A stretch of DNA of 64,000 nt. It comes from Marispirochaeta sp. Its GTDB lineage: Bacteria; Spirochaetota; Spirochaetia; JC444; Marispirochaetaceae. The notes below the pieces were generated by a model. The model ran no database searches, was not told the origin of the DNA, and was given only the letters and a program-made list of their open reading frames with translations. The position numbers and the translations under genes were made by a program. Shown here one piece after another: positions 29,441 through 38,214 of the stretch (within the stretch, counting starts at the first letter, position 1; each line of letters begins with the position of its first letter). The DNA lies in assembly GCA_963676835.2 (NCBI GenBank), contig CAXXFF010000002.1, positions 1,536,001 through 1,600,000 on the forward strand, written 5' to 3'.

Positions 29441-30002
29441 GCAGTCCGTGAGGAATAACCGACTCCAGTCCTTTGGTGGTATCCAGGGCGGCATCCCTGA
29501 TTTTCGCCGCAACCAGAGAAACTCCGCCATATTCACGTGAGGGAAGGGCTGTAACAGCTTCCATTATCCCGGTGATAAACCGCTCCGCCGTCTCATCCTG
29601 CAAAAGCAGATATTTTGCTGTGTGGTAAAGCTCCTGGGCTGTCAGGGGATGTATTTTCATGCCGTTTGCAGGATGTGTGTAAACAGATGCCAGAGTACCG
29701 GTACAGGCATAAACAACCCTCCGGTCTGTTTCTCCGGCTCTCCGGCTGCTGAGCAGATCAAGAATCGATGCCACCAGCCTTCTGTCAGGTGTTACAGGCG
29801 AAAAGAGTGACTCCGGTGTTCTTTTTTTAAAAACAGCATCCAGAACTTCTTTATCGTTCAGGGACAATACCTTGAGGTACATGTGCAGGGTTTCAGCATT
29901 TACGGGCAGATTGGACAGGTATGCTGCAAAGCCTCTGGCGCCTTCTATGGCTGCCTGTGTTCCCGATTCAAGCATCTGATTAAGCAGGTCCGACTGATTC
30001 AT
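29433..30002 (-). CDS. Diverged paralogue P5 of the uncharacterised family
   Basis: FAAYLSNL..N...YLKVL, TPESLFS, HPANGMKIHP, KIRDAALDTTKGLESVIPHGLL; AAGGAG RBS before ATG 30002. Confidence 0.75.
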   Translation of the reverse strand: MNQSDLLNQMLESGTQAAIEGARGFAAYLSNLPVNAETLHMYLKVLSLNDKEVLDAVFKKRTPESLFSPVTPDRRLVASILDLLSSRRAGETDRRVVYACTGTLASVYTHPANGMKIHPLTAQELYHTAKYLLLQDETAERFITGIMEAVTALPSREYGGVSLVAAKIRDAALDTTKGLESVIPHGLLI

Positions 30003-30190
30003 ATATGCTCCTTCCGGCCCAATCATAGTCTATCCCCGGAGATATTGCAAAAAAACTCTAATTCATACTATTCCGGATCTGTAAAGAAAAAAGTTTAAAA
30101 AAACGAAGAAAGTACTTGATAATTTTTTATCGATAAATTATTATCGTATTATCAATTCTGATTAGGGATTTATTCCCGGGAGCGAGAGCG

Positions 30191-30604
30191 ATGAATAAAT
30201 TATCGTATCTGGTTATTACAGTAGTTTTAGTTCTGGCGGCTGCAGGATGCAGCACCCGGCCCTTTACACCTGGCAGTTACATTGGAACAGCACCGGGTAT
30301 GCTCGGCAATGATGTTGTTGTCGATGTTTTGGTAGATGCGTGGAGTATCAAATCCATCAAGATTATTCGATATAACGAGCCCTTGAAGGCATCGAGTGTA
30401 GCTTTTGAGAGTATTCCGAAAGCAATTATTGAGGGACAGAGCCTTGATGTAGCTCCGGTTCCTGGTGCACTTGGATCAAGCAGGGCAATTATCAATGCAG
30501 TAGCAAATGCACTGCATAGCGCAAGTTCTGATTATGGACTTGCAGGTTCAGAAAGGTTTTTTCCGGCAGCTTCTGCCGATGGGACAGTGGCTGTTCTGGA
30601 ATAA
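30191..30604 (+). CDS. FMN_bind-domain lipoprotein (atypical)
   Basis: Lipobox AAAGC; FTPGSYIGTAPG...IPKAIIEGQSLDV..VPGALGSSRAIINAV. Confidence 0.78.
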   Translation: MNKLSYLVITVVLVLAAAGCSTRPFTPGSYIGTAPGMLGNDVVVDVLVDAWSIKSIKIIRYNEPLKASSVAFESIPKAIIEGQSLDVAPVPGALGSSRAIINAVANALHSASSDYGLAGSERFFPAASADGTVAVLE

Positions 30605-30623
30605 CAGGCCGTGTAGAATATCA

Positions 30624-30662
30624 GGCCCGGAGATGCGTTGCATTTCCGGGCCCTCTTTTTTT
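30624..30662 (+). terminator. Intrinsic terminator
   Basis: GGCCCGGAGATGC-GTT-GCATTTCCGGGCC followed by T-run. Confidence 0.8.
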
Positions 30663-30697
30663 TGTTTTCTTTGTTTTTTCAGTTTAACTTTACTTTC

Positions 30698-31231
30698 TCA
30701 GACATCAGCCATAATATCTTTATTCATTCCAACAAAGGTTTCCACCATAATTGTTGTTGCCTCATCAATCAGCTCGGACTGCTCTTCGGCAGAGAGGCTT
30801 TCGGGGCAGGCGACAATGGTGAACACAGGTGATGTTTTGCTGATTGGACTTTTACTGAAGCTGAGACATTTGTCCGTTTCAGCATTCTCGGCCATTACGC
30901 AGCCTTCCCGGGTAATGGACGCAGGAACATCATTACGGAAACCGATACTGGTGTAATCAATCTTACGCTTCCCATCCACAAGGGGGCCGATGGATACAAG
31001 TGATCCTGAATAGGTCAGAGCCAGGGCTCCGCGCTCGTCGTCAGCGGCAAAGCTTCCGACTTCATCCATACCCATCTCGATCATTGATTCATCAAAGGCC
31101 TCTTTTTTCTCGATCCATCCGGCACCCAGCCGTGCAATGGTATCCTCGTCCGCTTCCAGGCCGAAAGACTCGGCAACTTCGTTAAGGTGTTTGTTGATAA
31201 TTTCAGGCAGTTCAGTCATGGTAACGTCCAT
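30698..31231 (-). CDS. Acidic hypothetical protein
   Basis: GGAGG RBS before ATG 31231; 177 aa; ALALTYSGSLVSIGP. Confidence 0.75.
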   Translation of the reverse strand: MDVTMTELPEIINKHLNEVAESFGLEADEDTIARLGAGWIEKKEAFDESMIEMGMDEVGSFAADDERGALALTYSGSLVSIGPLVDGKRKIDYTSIGFRNDVPASITREGCVMAENAETDKCLSFSKSPISKTSPVFTIVACPESLSAEEQSELIDEATTIMVETFVGMNKDIMADV

Positions 31232-31344
31232 GGTATCCTCCGTTATTTCTTGAAATAAGTTACCTAATAGATATATCCTTTGATCCGTTTGCGGTATGTG
31301 CCGTTTGGTATGTTTTTTCAGATAAGCGGTGGTATAAAATAAGT

Positions 31345-31920
31345 ATGTCAGTTTCAAGCAGCAGATCCGGTTCCCGCTGGTTCCTGAAAGGACGCCTTGC
31401 CGACGGGTCTCCCTGGACAATTCCCATCCGGGATCCCCGTTTTCTCATAGGACGCTCTGCGGAATGCAGTCTGATCCTCGATTCCATGGAAGTTTCCCGG
31501 CGTCATGCCTCGATCAACACGGCAGAAGGCAGTCTATATATCAACGATCTCGGCAGTCAGAATGGAACTTTCCTGAATGGTGCAGCCCTTGATTCCACCC
31601 GTCCGCTGGAAAACCGGGATATTCTGAAAATAGGCAATCATGAGTTTATGGTATGCGAAACTGAGAAAAAACGGGTGGAAGCGGTTCAAACCATTGTTGA
31701 GGAAGCGTGCAGTAACAGCTTTGCCGCACGGTTCGGCCTGTCTGCCCGGGAAGAAGAGATTCTATACCTGCTTATTCATGGCGACTCAATGCAGGAGATT
31801 GCACGGAAGCTTTATATTTCTCCGGGGACAGCCAAGAATCATGTCCTGAAGATCTATAAAAAGACAGACTGTCATTCAAAGATAGAAATTGCAAATGCCT
31901 ACCGGGAATATACGGGATAG
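31345..31920 (+). CDS. FHA domain plus LuxR-type HTH transcriptional regulator
   Basis: IGRS, VSRRHA, DLGSQNGTFLNG; LSAREEEIL...IARKLYISPGTAKNHV. Confidence 0.9.
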   Translation: MSVSSSRSGSRWFLKGRLADGSPWTIPIRDPRFLIGRSAECSLILDSMEVSRRHASINTAEGSLYINDLGSQNGTFLNGAALDSTRPLENRDILKIGNHEFMVCETEKKRVEAVQTIVEEACSNSFAARFGLSAREEEILYLLIHGDSMQEIARKLYISPGTAKNHVLKIYKKTDCHSKIEIANAYREYTG

Positions 31921-31930
31921 TCTCCGGGAT

Positions 31931-34051
31931 TTATTCGTTGCCGCAGTGGTCAAACTCCATGCCGGTAAGCTCGCTTATGGTATGCATACTGGTCTGAGAA
32001 ATCTCCGCAATATGGCCCAGTCTCTGGTTGAGATCATCCACAGCGCTGTTTATGGAAACGGCAGACTCGTCAACTATACTATTCAGCTCTCTGAGCTCGT
32101 AAATTGCTTCTACTGTCTGCCTGCTTCCGGCGGACATCTCATTCAACTGTCCTATCATCTCATGGAGAGCTCCGGTGAGTTCCATGAAGCCGTTAATCAT
32201 AGTCCCGTATATATGCTCTGAATTCTCCGTACTTTCCACGGTATGACGAACTTCACTGGTTATTTTTGAAAGTGCATCTTCCACGTTCTGGGTGCTTTCT
32301 CCGGCAGCTTCCGCAAGTTTCTTTATCTCTTCGGCGACCACACTGAATCCTTTTCCAGCTTCGCCGGCGTGGGCTGCTTCAATTGAGGCGTTCATTGAGA
32401 GGATATTGGTTCTTGAGGCAACGTTCTCAATCATCTCCATCATTTCACCAATCTGGGTAATATGATTTTCGGTCTGGGTAATTGCCTGTATGGTCTCTTT
32501 GATCTCTTCTTCACTGGTCTTGGCCATATTGGCCATTTCTGAAATCGATGCATCCCGTTCTGAAGAGATTCTTGAGATATTCTGAATCCCGGCGGTCATC
32601 TCTTCTATGGCAGAGGAGAATTCAACCAGCGCGGCGGTCTGATTGTGTACACTGTTCACCACTCTGCCTGTGGCCTGCTGGACCTGCTGAATAATATGAT
32701 TCAGGTTGGTGATCATGCAGTAGATGGTCTCATACTCTTTTGTAACAGCAGCCACTGCCTTCTCACGGTAATCGTGACAGTTTCCAGGCTTATTCAGGCC
32801 GTTGAAAATGGCTTCTGCCATAGCCTCGCAGCTGTTGTATCCACAGGAGGCACACTGCAGATAATCCTCTTCCTTTGTTTTTTTCATTTCCTTGTAGACT
32901 GCATCAAGCTGTTTGCTGTCCGGAATCTTGTAATTCTTCAAGAGGGCTGATTTATCCTGATAGCCCCGGTGGTAGAGTTCTTTATACCAGTACTTGTCCA
33001 GTACCTTGTTGACCAGCTTTTTCCGCTTCTTTTCAGATATATTCCTGGTAGAATAATCTGCCTTGGCTTCCTTCATGCGCTTTTCAATGTAATATTCAAC
33101 TTCATCAATCGCCTTTTCCTGATTCAGGGTTCCCGGGCCGCCGTTACAGCCCATTTCGCAGTTCAGACAGTCGATGAGCAGAGGGTTCATTCCCTTTTTA
33201 AGCAGGTCCGGTAATTTTTTCATATATTCATAGACAATATCCGGCCCCTCTATACGGCGGATACGGCTCATAATTTCCGGTGTTTCGCGCTCCACGGTAC
33301 GCATCAGTCCTCCCGGGCTTGAGAAGAGTACCGCTCGCTCGGCCGGAGGATTGATAAAGTCCTCTTCCGGATATTTTGCCAGGTTAATATTGTTGGTTTC
33401 GATATATTTTGCGAAGGACTTATAGGTAACATTAAAGTCGCCAATGCCGGTGTCGGCGAATTCCCTCTTTTTTGCCAGGCAGGGGGAGAGGGCAAGAATT
33501 TTCATATGACTGTATTCGGGGTAATACTCCCGGATCATCTTCATTATATGCAGCATGGGGCTGTCTGCAGGTGCCAGGTAGGGAATAAGTTCCGGCTGGA
33601 AGGTTTCAATATAAGAGACGATTGCAGGACAGGGCTGGGCGATCACCATTTCCGGCTGCGTATCGTTGATGTAATTAACATAGGACTTTACGGTCAGCTC
33701 TGCGCCGAAACTTACGTCGAAGATTGCCTTGACGCCCAGGGACTTAACCCAGCCGAAAAAGTTCTTATACTGCCCGGGAAAATTGGCGGCCACTGCGGGA
33801 GCTGCTATGGCAAGAACCTCTTCCCCCTTTTTCAGGGACTCCATCATCAGGTCAAAGTCGTCGCAGATATTGCGGGCGTCGTGCTGGCAGGCGGTTATGC
33901 ATTTTCCGCAGCCGATGCAGAGATCGTGGTTTATTTCCACATGGTTACCGCTGCCGTTCATACAGGATTTTACCGGGCATGCGGATATGCACATATGGCA
34001 GTTAACGCATTTATCTGGATCAACACTGATAACCTGGGGCACCGTAAACAT
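31931..34051 (-). CDS. Soluble chemoreceptor: ferredoxin, [FeFe]-hydrogenase H-cluster-like domain, FeS domain, MCP signalling domain (group C2-type sensory hydrogenase)
   Basis: Two CxxCxxCxxxC motifs; AQPCPA, SPCLAKKRE, DCLNCEMGCNGG; CASCGYNSC; NASIEAAHAGEAGKGFSVVAEEIKKLA; no TM. Confidence 0.88.
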   Translation of the reverse strand: MFTVPQVISVDPDKCVNCHMCISACPVKSCMNGSGNHVEINHDLCIGCGKCITACQHDARNICDDFDLMMESLKKGEEVLAIAAPAVAANFPGQYKNFFGWVKSLGVKAIFDVSFGAELTVKSYVNYINDTQPEMVIAQPCPAIVSYIETFQPELIPYLAPADSPMLHIMKMIREYYPEYSHMKILALSPCLAKKREFADTGIGDFNVTYKSFAKYIETNNINLAKYPEEDFINPPAERAVLFSSPGGLMRTVERETPEIMSRIRRIEGPDIVYEYMKKLPDLLKKGMNPLLIDCLNCEMGCNGGPGTLNQEKAIDEVEYYIEKRMKEAKADYSTRNISEKKRKKLVNKVLDKYWYKELYHRGYQDKSALLKNYKIPDSKQLDAVYKEMKKTKEEDYLQCASCGYNSCEAMAEAIFNGLNKPGNCHDYREKAVAAVTKEYETIYCMITNLNHIIQQVQQATGRVVNSVHNQTAALVEFSSAIEEMTAGIQNISRISSERDASISEMANMAKTSEEEIKETIQAITQTENHITQIGEMMEMIENVASRTNILSMNASIEAAHAGEAGKGFSVVAEEIKKLAEAAGESTQNVEDALSKITSEVRHTVESTENSEHIYGTMINGFMELTGALHEMIGQLNEMSAGSRQTVEAIYELRELNSIVDESAVSINSAVDDLNQRLGHIAEISQTSMHTISELTGMEFDHCGNE

Positions 34052-34318
34052 AGCAAATCTCCTATTCAAATCAAGCGTAGTAAAATGCCTCTGGGTTTGC
34101 AAATCCCGGGGAACTTTTGCTGCTGAAAATCAGTGTTTGGTAATGCTTACATATATGGTAAACTAAAGGTGTATGAAAACCGTGATACGCCGGAGGCTCT
34201 GGTGGATCTGTTGGAAGACCTGCCGCTCTGAATTATCTGTATTATCCTACCATTCAATCCCCGTATCTCTTGAAATTTTTGAAACCGGGTAAGCCCGGGA
34301 AAAGGTGGTTAAAAGCAT

Positions 34319-35290
34319 ATGAAAGCGGTGGAATGCAAAAGGTATGGCACACCGGAAAATCTTGAGATTATTGATGTGGAAAAACCGGTTCCCGGTGCAA
34401 ACGAGGTTCTTGTCAGAGTACATGCCGCATCGATTACCTATTCCAATCTTATACTGATCCGCGGGAAACCCTTTATTGCCAGGATGATGGGGCTTGGACT
34501 GATGCGGCCGAAGTTCAGAATTCTTGGAAGCGATGTTGCCGGGGTTATTGAGTCGGTCGGGGCAGACGTCTCTTCCCTAAAGCCGGGGGACGAAGTTTTT
34601 GGTGATTTATCCAATGCTTCCAGGGGAAGCTTCGCCGAGTTTGTGTGTGCCCCGGAGAACGCCCTTGCCCTCAAGCCGGCCAACGCAGATTTTGTTCAGG
34701 CGGCGGCACTGCCGGAGGCGTCTCTTGTGGCCCTGCAGGCCCTTCGCGACCATGGGAAGATCCGTGCAGGGATGGAGGTGCTGATTTACGGGGCATCCGG
34801 TGGAATTGGATCGTATGCGGTTCAGCTGGCCCGCTATTTCGGGGCCCATGTTACCGCTGTATGCGGCCCTTCAAATTTGGAGGTGGTGAAATCCCTGGGG
34901 GCAGACCAGGTTATTGATTATACAAAAGATGACTTTGTCTCTTCGGGAGCCCGGTATGATTTAATTGTTTCAACCGCAGGCTACCGGCATATCCGGGATT
35001 ATAAAAAGGCTCTTAACCCTGAGGGTATATATGTTTCCACCGGCGGCCATATGAAGCAGATTTTTCAGGCAATGCTTTTGGGTCCTCTGTATTCCGAGAA
35101 AAAGGGAAGAAAGCTTGGGAGTATGCTGGTTAAGATAAATGAAGGTCTGGATACAATTCGTACCCTCTATGAGGAAGGACATTTGAAGACCCTTGTACAT
35201 AAGGTATATTCTCTTGATCAGGCAGTTGAGGCATTTACTGAATACAGCAAGGGGCATACCCGGGGAAAAATGGTATTTGCCATAAAATAG
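34319..35290 (+). CDS. NAD(P)-dependent MDR (quinone oxidoreductase-like) dehydrogenase
   Basis: GSDVAG, YGASGGIG, RGKMV. Confidence 0.88.
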   Translation: MKAVECKRYGTPENLEIIDVEKPVPGANEVLVRVHAASITYSNLILIRGKPFIARMMGLGLMRPKFRILGSDVAGVIESVGADVSSLKPGDEVFGDLSNASRGSFAEFVCAPENALALKPANADFVQAAALPEASLVALQALRDHGKIRAGMEVLIYGASGGIGSYAVQLARYFGAHVTAVCGPSNLEVVKSLGADQVIDYTKDDFVSSGARYDLIVSTAGYRHIRDYKKALNPEGIYVSTGGHMKQIFQAMLLGPLYSEKKGRKLGSMLVKINEGLDTIRTLYEEGHLKTLVHKVYSLDQAVEAFTEYSKGHTRGKMVFAIK

Positions 35291-35326
35291 ACCAATTTAA
35301 AGACGAACAAAGAAAGAGGAATTTTA

Positions 35327-35509
35327 ATGAGTGAAAACGGAAAAAACGCCGGAAAAGAGAGCTGGGCAGTCGGCGGCGGGCTTCTTCTTGGAATGGGGAT
35401 CGGTTTTGTATTTCTGCCGAAGTCGGTCTGGATTTTTATAGGTCTTACTATTGCCGGCCTTGGATTCGGTCTGTTACTTGCTTCGCTGTTGTCTGCATTC
35501 AAAAAGTGA
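35327..35509 (+). CDS. Small two-TM protein
   Basis: GGGLLLGMGIGF; GAGG RBS; coupled to next gene. Confidence 0.6.
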   Translation: MSENGKNAGKESWAVGGGLLLGMGIGFVFLPKSVWIFIGLTIAGLGFGLLLASLLSAFKK

Positions 35510-36018
35510 TGATTACAACAAAGAACCCCGATTTTTTTCTGCGACCTGCAAAGAAGCATGATGTTCCTTTAATTCTCTCTTTTATCCGGGAGCTGGCAGC
35601 TTTTGAAAAACTTGAGCATGAGGTGGAGGCCACGGAAGAGATTCTGGAAAACACTCTTTTTGGTGCGACACCCCATGGGGAAGTGCTGCTCGGGTACTAC
35701 CATGAGCAGCCTGTGGCCTTTGCACTTTTTTTCCATAATTTTTCCACCTTTTTGGGCCGGCCGGGTTTATATCTTGAAGACCTTTATGTGAAAAAAAAAT
35801 ATAGAGGCCAGGGCCTGGGAAAGATCATGCTTTCTTATCTTGCAGTTCTTGCAAAAAGCAGGGGATGCGGACGTTTCGAATGGTGGTGTCTGGACTGGAA
35901 CGAATCTGCCCTGGGCTTTTATCGTTCCCTGGGCGCAGTTCCCATGTCTGACTGGACGGTGCAGCGGGTCTCCGGAGAAGATCTTGATCTTTTAGCCAAT
36001 AGCTTTGGCGGGGCCTGA
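35506..36018 (+). CDS. GNAT acetyltransferase (diamine N-acetyltransferase-like)
   Basis: NFSTF.G.PGLYLEDLYV..YRGQGLG, LDWN..A..FY. Confidence 0.9.
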   Translation: MMITTKNPDFFLRPAKKHDVPLILSFIRELAAFEKLEHEVEATEEILENTLFGATPHGEVLLGYYHEQPVAFALFFHNFSTFLGRPGLYLEDLYVKKKYRGQGLGKIMLSYLAVLAKSRGCGRFEWWCLDWNESALGFYRSLGAVPMSDWTVQRVSGEDLDLLANSFGGA

Positions 36019-36541
36019 AGTGTATATTCGCCAATGTACCCGGGATGATCTGGAAGAACTTATCCGCATAGGGCGGGAAACCTACTATGATGCTTTTCAT
36101 TCTCTGAACAGAGCGGAAACCATGGATGCTTACCTGAATGAGTCTTTCGACCGGGAAAAAATTAAAGCTGAACTGGCTGAACCTGCGTCCCGCTTCTATT
36201 TCTGTTTTACCGACTCCGAAGCAGCTCTTCCATCAGGATATTTCAAAATCAACTTTCCTTCCGCCCAGACAGATTTGAACGAACCGGGGTCGGTGGAACT
36301 CGAACGGATTTATGTACGAGCTGAATATCAGGGTAACGGCATTGGCGCAGGTATTATGTCTCATGTTGAGAGCATAGCCCGAACTTCAGGTGCCTCCCGT
36401 ATCTGGCTGGGTGTGTGGGAAAAGAATACCGCTGCCATCTCTTTTTACAAAAAATCAGGTTTTGTCATTACCGGAAATCACAGCTTTGTCATGGGCAATG
36501 AAGTCCAGGATGATTATATAATGACCAGGAAACTTATATGA
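36005..36541 (+). CDS. GNAT acetyltransferase (PaiA-like)
   Basis: ELERIYV..QGNGIG, WLGVWEKN..AISFY, F.MG...QDD. Confidence 0.88.
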   Translation: MAGPEVYIRQCTRDDLEELIRIGRETYYDAFHSLNRAETMDAYLNESFDREKIKAELAEPASRFYFCFTDSEAALPSGYFKINFPSAQTDLNEPGSVELERIYVRAEYQGNGIGAGIMSHVESIARTSGASRIWLGVWEKNTAAISFYKKSGFVITGNHSFVMGNEVQDDYIMTRKLI

Positions 36542-36650
36542 AATTCCAGAAAAGTCCAGGTCTCATCCTGAAGCCTGATTTACGGGCAACAGTCGACACT
36601 GATCTATATGGCAGTATCAGATGTAATTCACCGGCAATGGAGAAAAGGTA

Positions 36651-37235
36651 ATGAACCGGAAAAAAATCGTAACCTTTCTATTTGTTTTCTCTATGTTATT
36701 TGTATTTTCAGGTCTTTGCAGTGCCCTGGAGGTTAGTGCCGGCTATAGTCTCGCTTTCACTCTGCATGAACTTCCTGCATCTGAAATAGATCATGCATTC
36801 AATGATCTGCCCGGAGGAGGACATAGCTCTTTCTTCTTTTTCGAAATACCAGTAACAGGAATATTATATGCGTCCATGAGCCCCGGGGCCATGAATTATG
36901 AATCGGGAGAAGGACAGCTGCATGTACAGTACAATCTTCTCTCTATGGGAATAAAAACGGAAACCAGTATATTTCCTGTTGCCGGAGGTGGTCTGGGAGG
37001 ATGTATTCTGACACTGACGGACGGCAGTGGAAGTTCTGGAGAAACGGTTTCCGGATACTACCTTAAGAATTCCGTTTTTATATGGACAGCCTATGCCGGC
37101 GCAGGTTACCGTTTCGAGAGCGGTATCGAGATTATTTTGGAGGGCCGCGGCTTTGGATTCTTTGATCCGGCACTGCTGCACCTTAACTCGATGAATGTGG
37201 GTACCCGTTTGACGGTGCCCCTTGGCGGAAAATAG
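36651..37235 (+). CDS. Putative outer-membrane beta-barrel protein
   Basis: Signal peptide; alternating beta-strands, GGGLGG, AGAGYRF. Confidence 0.55.
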   Translation: MNRKKIVTFLFVFSMLFVFSGLCSALEVSAGYSLAFTLHELPASEIDHAFNDLPGGGHSSFFFFEIPVTGILYASMSPGAMNYESGEGQLHVQYNLLSMGIKTETSIFPVAGGGLGGCILTLTDGSGSSGETVSGYYLKNSVFIWTAYAGAGYRFESGIEIILEGRGFGFFDPALLHLNSMNVGTRLTVPLGGK

Positions 37236-37248
37236 TAATGGAGTAATA

Positions 37249-38175
37249 ATGCTGCAATCCATATTCTCAACCATCCTGGGAGTTATTATTCCCATCTCAA
37301 TTCCGGTACTCTGCGGGGTTGTTCTGACAAAGTTTAGAAATCTTCAGACAAAACCTCTTCTTACTGTTGCTCTCTATATAATGAGCCCGGCGATTATTTT
37401 TAAGACCCTGCTCAATGCTCAGGTGAGTATGGGGGATTTCTATTCTGTTCTGGCATTTACCCTGCTGAATGTTTTTCTCCTTTGGCTGACGGCAAAAATA
37501 ACTGCCAGGGCTTTCAGGCTGAATGAAGCTGAAACTGCCGGTCTAACCCTGGTTTCTACTCTGACCAACTGCGTGAATTACGGACTGCCCCTTATTCTGC
37601 TCGCCTTTGGCGAAGCTGGCCTTGCCAGGGCGTCGGTCTATGTGGTGCTTATGATGATTATTACCCACACTGTTGGAATCTACTTTGCAGCCCGTTCTCA
37701 GTTTTCCGGAAAAAACGCCGTAAAGTCGGTTTTTTCTCTGCCCGCAGCCTATGCGGCCCTGGCTGCCATTATCCTCCGGGTAACTGGCTTTGAATTTCCA
37801 TCCGGCGTTATGAAAGGCATAACACTTCTTTCCAACGGCTACTCGCCGGTGGTTCTGATTATTCTCGGCGCCCAGATGGTGGGGGTAAAAACATCCGGTC
37901 TGGCACGGGACGGGCGCATTGCCTTCACCGCAGGCATGCTCCTGCGCATGGTGGCGTCTCCCCTTATTGCCCTGCTCCTACTGTTTGTCTTAAGAATAGA
38001 CGGACTGCTGCGGTCGGTACTGTTTATTGAAGCAGCCCTGCCGGTGGCGATTAATGCGGTTATTCTTGCGGAGCGTTTTGACGCGGCTGAAAAAACTGTT
38101 TCCAATACCATTCTCTGGTCGACCCTGCTTTCATTTGCCGTGCTGCCTTTTCTTATTGTCTGGGTGGCAGGGTAA
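37249..38175 (+). CDS. AEC-family (auxin efflux carrier-like) transporter
   Basis: SPAIIF, NCVNYGLP, LILGAQ, LPVAINA. Confidence 0.88.
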   Translation: MLQSIFSTILGVIIPISIPVLCGVVLTKFRNLQTKPLLTVALYIMSPAIIFKTLLNAQVSMGDFYSVLAFTLLNVFLLWLTAKITARAFRLNEAETAGLTLVSTLTNCVNYGLPLILLAFGEAGLARASVYVVLMMIITHTVGIYFAARSQFSGKNAVKSVFSLPAAYAALAAIILRVTGFEFPSGVMKGITLLSNGYSPVVLIILGAQMVGVKTSGLARDGRIAFTAGMLLRMVASPLIALLLLFVLRIDGLLRSVLFIEAALPVAINAVILAERFDAAEKTVSNTILWSTLLSFAVLPFLIVWVAG

Positions 38176-38214
38176 AAGTATCCGGGGCACTTTGGGATAC
38201 CCCGGGTGCAGTTT

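Noticed and set aside
31232..31420. Extension of ORF 30698..31420 overlapping the FHA gene
   Set aside because: GGAGG RBS supports ATG 31231
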